In this document: piece by piece, positions 36,780 through 45,816 of the stretch
Layout of the letters: each line of letters starts with the position of its first letter
Numbering within the stretch: the stretch's first letter is position 1
From: Bryobacterales bacterium
GTDB taxonomy: Bacteria > Acidobacteriota > Terriglobia > Bryobacterales > Bryobacteraceae
Direction of reading: 5' to 3'
DNA: 57,906 nucleotides
NCBI GenBank assembly: GCA_003167275.1
Contig: PMTT01000542.1
Span: forward strand, 1-57,906
Notes under the pieces: generated by a model
The model's database searches: none
The model's input: the letters and a program-made list of their open reading frames with translations, nothing else
Told to the model about the DNA's origin: nothing
Position numbers and translations under genes: made by a program

Positions 36780-37013
36780 CCCAAGCCTTGTGACGATGAG
36801 GACCGGGCCCAACCGCATTCGTCTTCCGAGTGGTGCGTAAACGGCTCGGAACTGAACAAGCGGGTGCCAATTCACCCGTTTGGCCACGAGGTGTCAATTG
36901 AATTAACTCGGTATGATCCACCAAGCGCTGCGCGAAAAGCTCTCGCTCCGAATTATCTTTTCGTCGTTCCGCGCGATGTGGGCGACTGGATACTGGCAGC
37001 CCGCTGGAACCGT

Positions 37014-37535
37014 CTAGTGTTTGCGAATGGCGATCAGGAGGCCGAAGCTTACGCCGATTGATCTCTCATGCCCTCGTCCAAAGTTGTATTCATAGCCCGG
37101 TTCAACGTACCAGCCAAATTTGTGCTTCCACCGCCCAGGCCAGAACATGAAGTCCAGGACTGCTTCCCCAGCGACTGAATTCGTTGTTGTGCCGGACTCT
37201 CTTGTGTGAATCCACTCTGGGCCCACGCCGGCCATGAACTCGACTGTGCGCGAAAGCGTCCAGGGCTTCTTGAACAAAAAGTCGCTCGCCCATTCTGTTG
37301 TGTGGCGCCCGAAGCTGGGGGTCACTCCCGCCTCAAGTTCCAGCCAGTTCTCAATCGGGGTGACCTCAACGGCGACCGTGGGTCCAAAGCTCGACGTGCG
37401 GTCTTTCAGATTCCGGCTCGGAGCTGCGCCAATCTCGATAACGGCCACCTCCTCCGCATCCTTTTTCTCCTGCGCCGATGCGTATCCGAGGTAGAGAAAA
37501 AGTGATGCTGCACAGAGCCATTTTTTGGCGTTCAT
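37014..37535 (-). CDS. hypothetical secreted protein, possibly a small beta-barrel/OMP-like protein
   Basis: Signal peptide MNAKKWLCAASLFLYLGYASA. Alternating aromatic/Gly-rich segments (GWYVEPGYEYNFG, GVSFGLLIA) follow. Confidence 0.6.
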   Translation of the reverse strand: MNAKKWLCAASLFLYLGYASAQEKKDAEEVAVIEIGAAPSRNLKDRTSSFGPTVAVEVTPIENWLELEAGVTPSFGRHTTEWASDFLFKKPWTLSRTVEFMAGVGPEWIHTRESGTTTNSVAGEAVLDFMFWPGRWKHKFGWYVEPGYEYNFGRGHERSIGVSFGLLIAIRKH

Positions 37536-37711
37536 GATGAGCTTCCAATTTACCGGATCGAGCTCTTCACAACAACTAGAGGCTTAGGAAGCACAACTGG
37601 CGGCTTTTCGGGTTTGGCGGCCGAGCAAATTTAGGACGGAATTTGCGACTTGCGATGTGGTTTGGATTCGGAATGGATCGTCGCCCCTCGAGAATGCCAC
37701 CTGCGACTTGA

Positions 37712-38110
37712 CTATTGTCGATTGGCGTCGACGAGCATCTGCCGCGCCTGGCAGCATCGCACGACGTCCTCAATCTGCAGATCGTATCCAGGGTCGTCGA
37801 ATATGCTCCACACGGCGTCCGGATCCTCTGGCATCTGGTCCACCAGCGCGTTCAGTTGTGCGCGGTGTTCAAGATCGCAGGCGGCGGCCAGCGCCTTCAT
37901 GTAGGCATGGAACTCTGTGGGCCGGGCATCGTAGGTGGCGAGCATCTTGGCGGCGAAGGCGACAGGATCGACGCCGGCCTTGACGCGCTTCCATCGCTTC
38001 CAACCGTTGCCCTGGTTCCGCAATACGGCGCCGTCGCTCATGACCGCCACTCGGCAATCGCTGTACTCCGTTCGGGCCAACTCCGCTCCGTGTTCGTTCA
38101 GTCTCGCCAT
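37712..38110 (-). CDS. hypothetical protein
   Basis: 132-aa ORF with balanced composition. No domain recognised. Confidence 0.5.
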   Translation of the reverse strand: MARLNEHGAELARTEYSDCRVAVMSDGAVLRNQGNGWKRWKRVKAGVDPVAFAAKMLATYDARPTEFHAYMKALAAACDLEHRAQLNALVDQMPEDPDAVWSIFDDPGYDLQIEDVVRCCQARQMLVDANRQ

Positions 38111-38740
38111 CCGCTTGCTCCTTGCGCCGTCTACGCATCACGATTGATCACTCCTCAGAGAGAGGAAAGCAAGCAGAATCTTATAGTTACAGCCTTTCTT
38201 GAAGGGCGTTATGCGCTGATATCGGCAGCTTCACCGAACACGGAGGGCGAGCCCAGATCGGTACCGCTCTTTCCGAGCAGCGCGTAATTCGGCCGGAGCA
38301 GTTTCAGCCATCTTCCCGAAGGCCGACTGGTCCGCTGGGGATCTTCTCCGCGGCCTCGGAGCGCAAGGGACGAAGTGTTCTTCCTCGGCTCGTTGGCTTA
38401 TCGGGATGCTTCCCGCTCTCCTCAACCTTTGCGCCGGGGTGGGTATGCTCTATGCCGATGACCGGTTCTTGTGGCGCTCCTGGGGAGCGCGCGATGGCTT
38501 CTCACGGAGAGCTACTCGTATGCCGTGAGCATAGCGCTGGTCCGGAAGTGGCCCGCACGCCGGAGAACAGCCCGTTGACGATTCGCGCGCATGTCGGAGA
38601 CGATTCCCTGCAACGTCTCGCCGTACGCGATGGCGTGATTGACCGTCGTCCCGCCAATCGAGAACGAGACCACGTCGCCCGCGATGGGAGCCCCGGAAAA
38701 GCCTTCGAAGCGGAGCGCCGGGGGAGTTCTCTGCCAAGCA

Positions 38741-39307
38741 CTACCAGAACTTCCACCATGGTTTGGTCTTTGGGGCGTGGCCGCGCAAACTCGGAAGCGC
38801 TTTGTCCACGTCCCGGTATTGCTGTGCGATTTGGCCAAGCTCATTGACGGTCACTACGCGCCCGAGTTGAGGATCATAGGCTACATACCCGCGTTCTTCT
38901 CGACATGCGTTAAGACAACATCTGATGCATTCCATCAGTTGGGTTGTGGGTTCCCGAAAATACGGCATCGTTATGGACGCCATCCGTTCGTAGACCGCAA
39001 ATTGAATTTGGAGATCATCATCGTTCAATTCAATCCACGGCAGAGCCGATGCGGGCTGAAATTGGACGAATGATGGCCAGCGCGTCCTGATCACCTCCGC
39101 AAGCTGCTGCATTGTCGCGCGAGTGGAGTCGGGTAGTGATCGCTTTACCCGGTCATTGATATCCGCAATCTCGCTCTCCTCGCGGTGTATTAGTTGCTCG
39201 TACGCGGCCTCGGGTTCGACACCTTCAGGAATGCTGAAAAGCCTCAGATCATAGCTCACGGGTTTGCAAGTCCCTCCAGGTCTCAGCATTCCACAGTTTG
39301 TCGTCAA
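38741..39307 (-). CDS. hypothetical protein
   Basis: 188-aa ORF with acidic, non-biased composition. The start is uncertain. Confidence 0.5.
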   Translation of the reverse strand: MTTNCGMLRPGGTCKPVSYDLRLFSIPEGVEPEAAYEQLIHREESEIADINDRVKRSLPDSTRATMQQLAEVIRTRWPSFVQFQPASALPWIELNDDDLQIQFAVYERMASITMPYFREPTTQLMECIRCCLNACREERGYVAYDPQLGRVVTVNELGQIAQQYRDVDKALPSLRGHAPKTKPWWKFW

Positions 39308-39479
39308 CGCCGGGCGCCCGTTCTGTCGGGGACAAAAAAGGTTCCACTGTACCAGTTGGCTTGAACGACGTGGTGATCAAGATCGTTCGTCAATGCGGCC
39401 CCCGATTTAACCCCCGATTATGAATCTCCGAACATTTAATCGCGCTCCGGCACCGAGCGGCGGGGGGCGCGCTGGCCAC

Positions 39480-39501
39480 GATATCGTCTGTTATCGGTAG
39501 C
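39480..39501 (+). repeat. dif-like site copy 3: GATAT-CGTCTG-TTATCGGTAGC
   Basis: Read directly between the 38741 gene and the PrpD-like gene. Confidence 0.7.
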
Positions 39502-39865
39502 AGTCGCGGCCCTCGTGCCTTGCCACCGAAGCCAACGAGATCGGAAGCTTTGTACGAGTGGGCGGCGCTTCCAAGATTGTTACTCAGTTGCCACAGAAAC
39601 CTCTTGCGCTCCCCGCCGCTGTTGTTCAAAATGATCGTGCGTGGTCTTGGTTGACCGCGGCGCCACCGCAGCGGATCGGGCAGAGATTGGCCGGTTATGC
39701 CGAAGATCCGGACACTATCCACTAGCTACCAGGACCTTAAGCCCAATGCGTACCTGCGGCGCCAGAGGTGCAAGGGATTGAATCATTCGGCGCTGTGAAA
39801 CCTGCCGGTAGTATACAGCGTGACAGTGCACCGGTATTCATCATCCGGATATTCCAGTCCGACCA

Positions 39866-41401
39866 GTGATATCATCGTCGGTGGCTTCTAGCAAGGAAAA
39901 GGTGGCTGATGTGATCGACAGGAAGAAGACTTCCCGCCGCAGCATTTTCGCCGGAATTGCAGCACTCGTCGTGCACGGCCTTGCGCGAAATGGGCGGGCC
40001 GCCGAAACCCGGCCATTGGCGGAAAGACTGGCCGCCTACGCGGCTGCGCTGCGTTACGAAGATCTCGATGCCGCCACCATCGAGCGCGTCAAATCGCATG
40101 TCATCGACACGCTCGGCTGCGGCATCGCTGCCTTCGATGAGCGGCCCGTGCGCGTCTGCCGCGACATTGCACAGAGCGTGCAAGGAGGCGCCACCATCAT
40201 TGGCACGACGCGCAAGACTTCTCCCGATCTTGCCGCTTTCGTCAATGGCGCTGCGAGCCGGTATTACGATCTGAACGACACCTATGTCGGCAGAATGGCC
40301 AGCCGAACGGCCAGCCACCCGAGCGACCATATCGCCCCGTGCCTTGCCGTCGCTGAATGCGAAGGCGGACGCGGCCGTGACCTCATCACGGCGATTGTGC
40401 TTGCCTACGAGATCGATTGCCGCCTGGTGGACGCTCTCGATATCAACTCGCGCGGCTGGGACGCACCGGTGTTCAGTCTTCCGGCGGTAGCGCTCGCAGC
40501 CGGCAAGCTAATGATGCTGGATGTGGGGAAGCTGACCGAGGCGGTCAACATCGCGATCAACGATCACATTTCCATGGGACAGACGCGTAGGCAGGTGCTC
40601 TCTGACTGGAAGGGCCTCTCGGATGGCGAAGCCTCGCGCAACGCCGTGTTCGCGGCGATGCTGGCGCGCGGCGGCCTGACCGGACCGGCGCCGATTTTCG
40701 AGGGCATACTCGGCCTATTCCAGCAGGTCTCGGGAGTGGCGAGTATCGACGTGACGAAATTCGGCGGCCCTAGCAATCCGTTCCGCATCAATCAATGCGG
40801 CATGAAGGCCTATCCTGCGGTGATATACGGCCAGACCGCGATCGTCGCGGCCACGGCGATCGCCGATGAGGTGACCAAGCTTTCGCCCGACAAGCCGGCA
40901 GCGCTCGAACGAATCACCTCCATCGAAGTTGCTACGTCAAAGACCGGGCTGGTGCAGACCGGTACCGATCGCGAGAAGTGGGCGCCCGTGACGCGCGATA
41001 CCGCCGATCATTCCTTGCCCTACCTCACAGCGCGCGCCATGTTTGATGGCGACATCAACAATGAAAGCTACGCGCAGGCGAAGTTGAAGGAACCGCGCAT
41101 CCTCGCCTTCATGCAGAAGATTACAGTCGTGGAAGATCCGGTGCTCACCGCCCGGTCCGGTGACGCCGTGCCGACGCGCATAACCGCGATTTTGGCGGAT
41201 GGGCAGCGCTTCAGCAGAGAAGTCAACGACCTCCCTGGCTTTGCCCGCAGGCCAATGCAAAGACCGGAGGTCGACCGCAAATTCCGCGGCAACGTCGCCA
41301 AGCGCTGGCCGCGCGAGAAAACCGATGCCGTTCTCCGATCACTCTGGGTGCTGGAGAACACGCAGGACATCGGCGCGCTGCTTGCGGCGCTGACGGTTTG
41401 A
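39866..41401 (+). CDS. MmgE/PrpD-family protein with a Tat-like N-terminal signal
   Basis: LAAYAAALRYEDLDAATIERVKSHVIDTLGCGIAAFDE is typical of MmgE/PrpD. The N-terminus KKTSRRSIFAGIAALVVHGLA looks like a twin-arginine signal. Confidence 0.8.
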   Translation: MISSSVASSKEKVADVIDRKKTSRRSIFAGIAALVVHGLARNGRAAETRPLAERLAAYAAALRYEDLDAATIERVKSHVIDTLGCGIAAFDERPVRVCRDIAQSVQGGATIIGTTRKTSPDLAAFVNGAASRYYDLNDTYVGRMASRTASHPSDHIAPCLAVAECEGGRGRDLITAIVLAYEIDCRLVDALDINSRGWDAPVFSLPAVALAAGKLMMLDVGKLTEAVNIAINDHISMGQTRRQVLSDWKGLSDGEASRNAVFAAMLARGGLTGPAPIFEGILGLFQQVSGVASIDVTKFGGPSNPFRINQCGMKAYPAVIYGQTAIVAATAIADEVTKLSPDKPAALERITSIEVATSKTGLVQTGTDREKWAPVTRDTADHSLPYLTARAMFDGDINNESYAQAKLKEPRILAFMQKITVVEDPVLTARSGDAVPTRITAILADGQRFSREVNDLPGFARRPMQRPEVDRKFRGNVAKRWPREKTDAVLRSLWVLENTQDIGALLAALTV

Positions 41402-41523
41402 GGTGTCGCTGAAAGACGGGCGTTCCGTCCGCCGGCTGAAATGCGCTACGCCGTGTTCCCATTTACTTCGGCATCGGAAGATCCGGATAGGGGATGAATG
41501 ACGCGCGACTCGGACAGAGCCAT

Positions 41524-41545
41524 GATAAGAGGGAATATCGGTAGC
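41524..41545 (+). repeat. dif-like site copy 4: GATAA-GAGGGA-ATATCGGTAGC
   Basis: Read directly between the PrpD-like and receiver genes. Confidence 0.7.
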
Positions 41546-41601
41546 TTCCTCAGACCGGGAGCCCGTCCGCCCGCCGCTGAAGTGCAGCCCGCAGTTCCCG
41601 C

Positions 41602-42045
41602 ATGCCCCAGTCGGTCATGCCGGAACCGATCTTTCGCAAGGGAGTCGAACAGCCATTGCGGATACTGGTGGCCGAATGTGAACCCGCTCAGAGCATGATC
41701 GCCTGGCTCGAAGAGCAAGGACACTCGGTCAGCCTCGTGCAGGACGGCCAATCGGCATTGGATGCTCTGGAGCGTGAACTGTTCGATGCCGCCTTGATCG
41801 CCATCCAGATCCCCGTGAGGAACGGCTACGAAGTAACTCGAACGATACGGGAGCGCGAGCGCAAACGCGCCTGCCGGCGTGTTCCCATGATCGCCTTGAT
41901 CGCTGACCCGATGAAGGGCGATCGGGAAATCTGTCTGGAAGCCGGACTCGACGACTGTCTTCCCAAGCCCGTCAAAACTCAGGGGCTTGAATCGATGTTG
42001 AACTCACTGCCGTCAGGCGTCTTCAGGCGCGCTGAGTGCGCCTAA
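41602..42045 (+). CDS. stand-alone receiver (CheY-like) domain lacking the phospho-acceptor Asp
   Basis: The receiver pattern is LRILVAECEP...FDAALIAIQIPVRNGYE...MIALIAD...LPKPV. The acidic pair reads EC instead of DD, and the acceptor position reads A (LIAIQIP instead of L.D..MP). Confidence 0.7.
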   Translation: MPQSVMPEPIFRKGVEQPLRILVAECEPAQSMIAWLEEQGHSVSLVQDGQSALDALERELFDAALIAIQIPVRNGYEVTRTIRERERKRACRRVPMIALIADPMKGDREICLEAGLDDCLPKPVKTQGLESMLNSLPSGVFRRAECA

Positions 42046-42335
42046 TGATGGGCGAGTTGAAGACAGCACAGCAGAGGGGTGTCGACGAACCAGCTCGCGT
42101 TGCCAAGATCAGCCCCACAACTCTCTACCGCTGGATGAAGGACCTGGAGTTCGACCGAGCCTACCGGGCGGCACGGCGCGCCACGTTTTCGCAATCGGTC
42201 GCTCGCTTGCAGCAGGCTGCCCGCCCGGCGGCTGCAGTCCCGCGAGGCCAGCCGACGCTACCAGCGGAGCGAAAGGGGCCGACACTGTCACCTGCAGCGG
42301 CAGCGTCGCTAACCGGCACCGCCAGGCCCACGTGA
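42036..42335 (+). pseudogene. partial, inverted paralog of the HTH gene at 46408-46803
   Basis: ISPTTLYRWMKDLEFDRAYRAARRATFSQSVARLQQAA parallels ISVATLLRWQKLPEFKKAYMEARRAAHGQSIARLQQAT. The remainder is Pro/Ala-rich and non-homologous. Confidence 0.45.
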
Positions 42336-42486
42336 CTCATCAGGGTGGCGGAATGATCGCTATGTCGCTGCCCCGGCGCCGGTCGGTCGTCAGCCGCTGC
42401 ACGGTCTGCGGCAGGCTAAGCCCCTGGATTGACCCCTATCCAAAGGTCCCGAGACGGAGGTGATCCCTGACGGGGTCGACTCGTGT

Positions 42487-42748
42487 TCAAAAAGCGACGT
42501 TTCTACGTGATCGCCAACATATAGCCCGCCGCATCAAGGCTGCCCGGAGTTCACTCATCGTCCATCCAAACGCCCGTCCCATCACCTCGGCAAGGCTCTC
42601 GTTCCCCTCGGGCACGAACCCCTTGCTGGCGAGCCAGCGTGCGATCGTCTGGCGCCGGCGACGGGCACGGATGCGTCGGCTGCTTCCACGCAAGCGTCCG
42701 ATTTAAGCGGTGTGGGCGTCGCCTGATTGCCTTGTTAGTGCCTACCAC
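42487..42748 (-). pseudogene. frameshifted copy of the small RRLxxLE-family gene at 44964-45206
   Basis: 126 bp (42521-42646) are identical to 44983-45108. A 1-nt insertion (gcgatcGtctgg vs gcgatctctgg) then splits the reading frame into ORFs 42487-42693 and 42551-42748. Confidence 0.7.
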
Positions 42749-43117
42749 GATCTGCCTTTCCTGGCCGGTTTCGATGATTGAACCGGTCGCCTATGGCGGA
42801 TTACGTCGGCAAGCGTTAGGCCGAGCAGGGACTCGGGCTTCGTCCGCACCACTCCAGGCGGCTGGCAGCCAGCTACTGCGCCCGCATAGGCCCCACGCAC
42901 GAGGGGCGGCACGGCGCCGCCGAATGGCTTCGACCGCCGCCACCTGTTCCCTGCGCCTGCGAGTGATGATTTCCAACGGGCAAAGAGAAGGTCTGACGCA
43001 TTCAGAAGACGTACCCAAGGGGACGTCTAGAGGCGATTCGTGCTAGTCTCTAGACCAAGATCCAACCGGACAGCACGCCGCGGACGCTGGCAAGACCAGC
43101 GAGCGTGCTGGCCCTAC

Positions 43118-43750
43118 ATGGGTCAAGTTCCCTTGTTTGATAACCTTCGGTACATCAATATGGACCTCGACGAACAAGACTGGTCTTCTGTTGAGATGAC
43201 GCCTCGTGCACGCCAACGATACGATAGATTTCTGGCTCAATACAGACGATACTTAAAGAAGGTACAGGAGTTTCCACTGGCGCTCTTGGTTTGGGGGCCA
43301 GGGCCGTCTGGCGGCGACCTGTATAGGAAGCGCTTGGAGATTCGGGCGCAGCTCCGGGACCGAGGTTTCGCTGCAGTGTTCAGCGAGGAGGTGGAACGAG
43401 ACTGCCCAGTGCCAGATATGTCTTTGAGAGTGAAGGAACTCCTACAACTTTGCTCCGCCGATCTGGTTGTGGTCATCCAGGCGTCATTCGGTTCCGTTGC
43501 GGAAGTCCACGATTTCGCCAGCCTAGGACAAGCAATTGGAGGGAAATTGATGATCTTCATAGATAGCACGGTCGTGGGCGGGTACAGTAGTTTGGGGGCG
43601 CTAAGGGAACTTGGCCTTCAGTTCGGGAACGTTCACTATTTTGAGTATCCGAAAGACGTTGTGGAGTGTCACTTGTCGAGGAAAGTAATCGAACGGGCTG
43701 AGGCACTGCGACATGCAGCTTGGCAAAGAAAGAATCTGAAGAATCTGTAG
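43118..43750 (+). CDS. NDT/SLOG/TIR-class Rossmannoid domain protein (putative effector)
   Basis: LALLVWGPGPSGGDLYRKRLEIRAQLRDRGFAAVFSEE ... ADLVVVIQASFGSVAEVHDF aligns by eye with the NDT-like protein at 35776 (LYWAGPLF...; DVMVVVLDG...SGASLEAG). This includes the conserved Glu. The start (43118 vs 43160) is uncertain. Confidence 0.5.
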   Translation: MGQVPLFDNLRYINMDLDEQDWSSVEMTPRARQRYDRFLAQYRRYLKKVQEFPLALLVWGPGPSGGDLYRKRLEIRAQLRDRGFAAVFSEEVERDCPVPDMSLRVKELLQLCSADLVVVIQASFGSVAEVHDFASLGQAIGGKLMIFIDSTVVGGYSSLGALRELGLQFGNVHYFEYPKDVVECHLSRKVIERAEALRHAAWQRKNLKNL

Positions 43751-43761
43751 AATAGTCGACC

Positions 43762-44883
43762 ATGGATCCGGACGACCTCTTGCTATATTACGCACGGAAC
43801 AGACTAGTAATTGAAGTCGCTAAGGACGCTCTGCATTTGTTCCTCTTGGACTATCTTGCGGCTTATGGCCCGCTATCTTACGGTCAGGTTTTAGCCGATA
43901 TCTTCATGGACCAGCATAAAGCATCATCAATCCTTAATGATCTGTTGGGTGCGGGCCTTGTGTCCGCGCGCGACGATTCTTGGGTTGTTTCGCGCCATGG
44001 CAAGAATCTGCTCGGCCAGTTACTCGAATCATCCGTACCAGAGCAAGATTCGGGGCAAAGCGAGCAAACTCTTAACGATAATCGCAGCAGGTATCCCGGT
44101 ACGGAACGCGCTCCAAGAACTCCGGACAGAACCGATGTGACACAACCCGAGGGTTATGTGCACTCCATCAATGAGGGCGCTGCGTTGGCGACCAGCATTA
44201 AGGTAGAGTCGCTCTTAGAAAAATGCTGGCTGCAGGTTTCCTACATTCTGGATGCGCTCGGAAACACCCGGACAGATCGGGGCGAAGCTCTGCCTCAAGG
44301 AACGTTCGGGAAGTTTCGAACTTCCGAAGAGGGCGGCAAGCTAATCTTCAATATCGTAATACCCAAGGGCTTTCCCTCCTCCTGGTTGCGGAGCATCGGT
44401 ATCGACCGTCCGGACTGTTCGTTACGGGCCGGTGCGGAAGAGTCGGGAGATCCGGAACATCATATATTGAAAATCTCGCTCGACCAGTTTCCGCCGGCTA
44501 TGAAGGAACACCTCGATTTCTTCCGGATTGTGGAGAATAGCATTGGTGTGGTGGATGATCTTCTCGACCCGAGGGCCTTTTTTGGCTATGGCTTATACTC
44601 CGCGTCTGTTAAGGGAGACAATTACGTTTTCAGAATTCCTGCGGATATTAGCTTTCGTCCGTTCGCCGCCTTTATCGGAATCGACCGCAAAAAGGTAATT
44701 CGGGAAGCCGTGGTCGATGAAGCGGGTGTGGCCGTTTGCGATCAGCGGGACATTCCTTTGCATAGCTTCAGCGTGGCCATTGCTTCCGTGCGAAACCATT
44801 TCGCGGCCCAATCAGCCCAAGACATAGATGGGCCTCCCGACACCAGAGTTACTCATACAACTCACATCACACTGACTAACTAA
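43762..44883 (+). CDS. hypothetical protein with an N-terminal winged-helix-like domain
   Basis: LFLLDYLAAYGPLSYGQVLADIFMDQHKASSILNDLLGAGLVSARDDSWVVSRHG looks like a wHTH. The ~250-aa C-terminal region is unassigned. The gene lies 12 nt after the upstream stop. Confidence 0.55.
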   Translation: MDPDDLLLYYARNRLVIEVAKDALHLFLLDYLAAYGPLSYGQVLADIFMDQHKASSILNDLLGAGLVSARDDSWVVSRHGKNLLGQLLESSVPEQDSGQSEQTLNDNRSRYPGTERAPRTPDRTDVTQPEGYVHSINEGAALATSIKVESLLEKCWLQVSYILDALGNTRTDRGEALPQGTFGKFRTSEEGGKLIFNIVIPKGFPSSWLRSIGIDRPDCSLRAGAEESGDPEHHILKISLDQFPPAMKEHLDFFRIVENSIGVVDDLLDPRAFFGYGLYSASVKGDNYVFRIPADISFRPFAAFIGIDRKKVIREAVVDEAGVAVCDQRDIPLHSFSVAIASVRNHFAAQSAQDIDGPPDTRVTHTTHITLTN

Positions 44884-44942
44884 CGGATCGATCTGGCAGT
44901 CGGTGATATGACTGACTAGTGATACCGCCCGAACAGCCTGGC

Positions 44943-44964
44943 GTTATCTCTACATATCGGTAGC
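44943..44964 (+). repeat. dif-like site copy 5: GTTAT-CTCTAC-ATATCGGTAGC
   Basis: Read directly at the 3' end of the 44964-45206 gene. A degenerate relative (ttctac-gtgatcgccaac) lies at the equivalent place next to the other repeat (~42501-42518). Confidence 0.7.
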
Positions 44965-45206
44965 TATTCGCCCGGCAGCCCCATAGCCCGCCGCATCAAG
45001 GCTGCCCGGAGTTCACTCATCGTCCATCCAAACGCCCGTCCCATCACCTCGGCAAGGCTCTCGTTCCCCTCGGGCACGAACCCCTTGCTGGCGAGCCAGC
45101 GTGCGATCTCTGGCGCCGGCGAGGGGCACGGAGGCCTCGGCTGCTTCCACGCAAGCGTCCGCTCTAAGCGTTGAAGGCGTCGGCTGAGGGCCTTGTTGCC
45201 TACCAT
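44964..45206 (-). CDS. small RRLxxLE-motif protein (family member 5)
   Basis: The N-terminus is MVGNKALSRRLQRLERTLAW. It is the last gene of a translationally coupled chain. Confidence 0.6.
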   Translation of the reverse strand: MVGNKALSRRLQRLERTLAWKQPRPPCPSPAPEIARWLASKGFVPEGNESLAEVMGRAFGWTMSELRAALMRRAMGLPGE

Positions 45207-45562
45207 GCTTTTATCTGCCTTCCCTCGACTTCTTCGATGATGTCGGCCGCAAGCAGTCGTTGGGCGATATCGAATCGCAGCTCTGCCGGCAGGTCTGCGA
45301 GCGAGACGCTTAGAGTCTGGCGCAATCTGGTTAGGCCCGTGAGAGCAAAGCCGATTCTACCCGTCGGGCCTCTGTCGCTGCGCCCCATCGACTGCTGCTC
45401 CTGCCAGACATCCTGCTCTTGCGGCTCCGCCAGCAACTTCAGGGCGGATTGCCACTCGCCGGCGACGAGCCTCTCTATGATCGCTTCGTCCACTGAAGGG
45501 GCGGCGACCGTGAACCCGAATCTCCGCTCAAGCTTTCGGAGCCGTGAGATCACCGCCTTCAC
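45200..45562 (-). CDS. small RRLxxLE-motif protein (family member 4)
   Basis: The N-terminus is MKAVISRLRKLERRFG. It overlaps both neighbours. Confidence 0.6.
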   Translation of the reverse strand: MKAVISRLRKLERRFGFTVAAPSVDEAIIERLVAGEWQSALKLLAEPQEQDVWQEQQSMGRSDRGPTGRIGFALTGLTRLRQTLSVSLADLPAELRFDIAQRLLAADIIEEVEGRQIKAW

Positions 45563-45816
45563 GCCGCCTCCACCGGAAAGCTCGCGATGAATCGGTCCAA
45601 GTCTTCGTCCGCCAGGTCCTCGCGGCCGCCATCCAGTTCCACAACCTCGATCAGCAGCCCGTTACGACCGAGCACTCGCCTGCACGTTGATGTCTCCAGC
45701 CGCGGTGGGCCGCAAACGCACCGCACGACGACTCGCAATGTCTCCCGGGGCCGTCCGTCGGCTGTAAAGGCGGACAGCGCCTCCAGCCGGCGAAGGCGTC
45801 TGATTATCGTCTTCAT
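45559..45816 (-). CDS. small RRLxxLE-motif protein (family member 3)
   Basis: The N-terminus is MKTIIRRLRRLEALSAF, with 4-nt ATGA overlaps. Confidence 0.6.
   Translation of the reverse strand: MKTIIRRLRRLEALSAFTADGRPRETLRVVVRCVCGPPRLETSTCRRVLGRNGLLIEVVELDGGREDLADEDLDRFIASFPVEAA

Noticed and set aside
36552-36887. 111-aa ORF spanning dif-like site 2, and the overlapping plus-strand ORF 36609-37061
   Set aside because: There is no RBS, motif or compositional support, and the conserved DNA motif inside it argues for a non-coding role. It could be a real small gene, but I cannot support it.
39390-39722. 110-aa ORF spanning dif-like site 3
   Set aside because: The composition is Arg/Gly/Pro-rich and no domain is recognised. 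It may be a gene remnant.
26308-44964. Classical integron
   Set aside because: There are no attC-type imperfect palindromes with R''/L''/L'/R' boxes or a GTTRRRY core. The cassettes are multi-gene and bidirectional. I cannot verify the IntI-specific insertion from the sequence by eye. Only the overall layout is integron-like.
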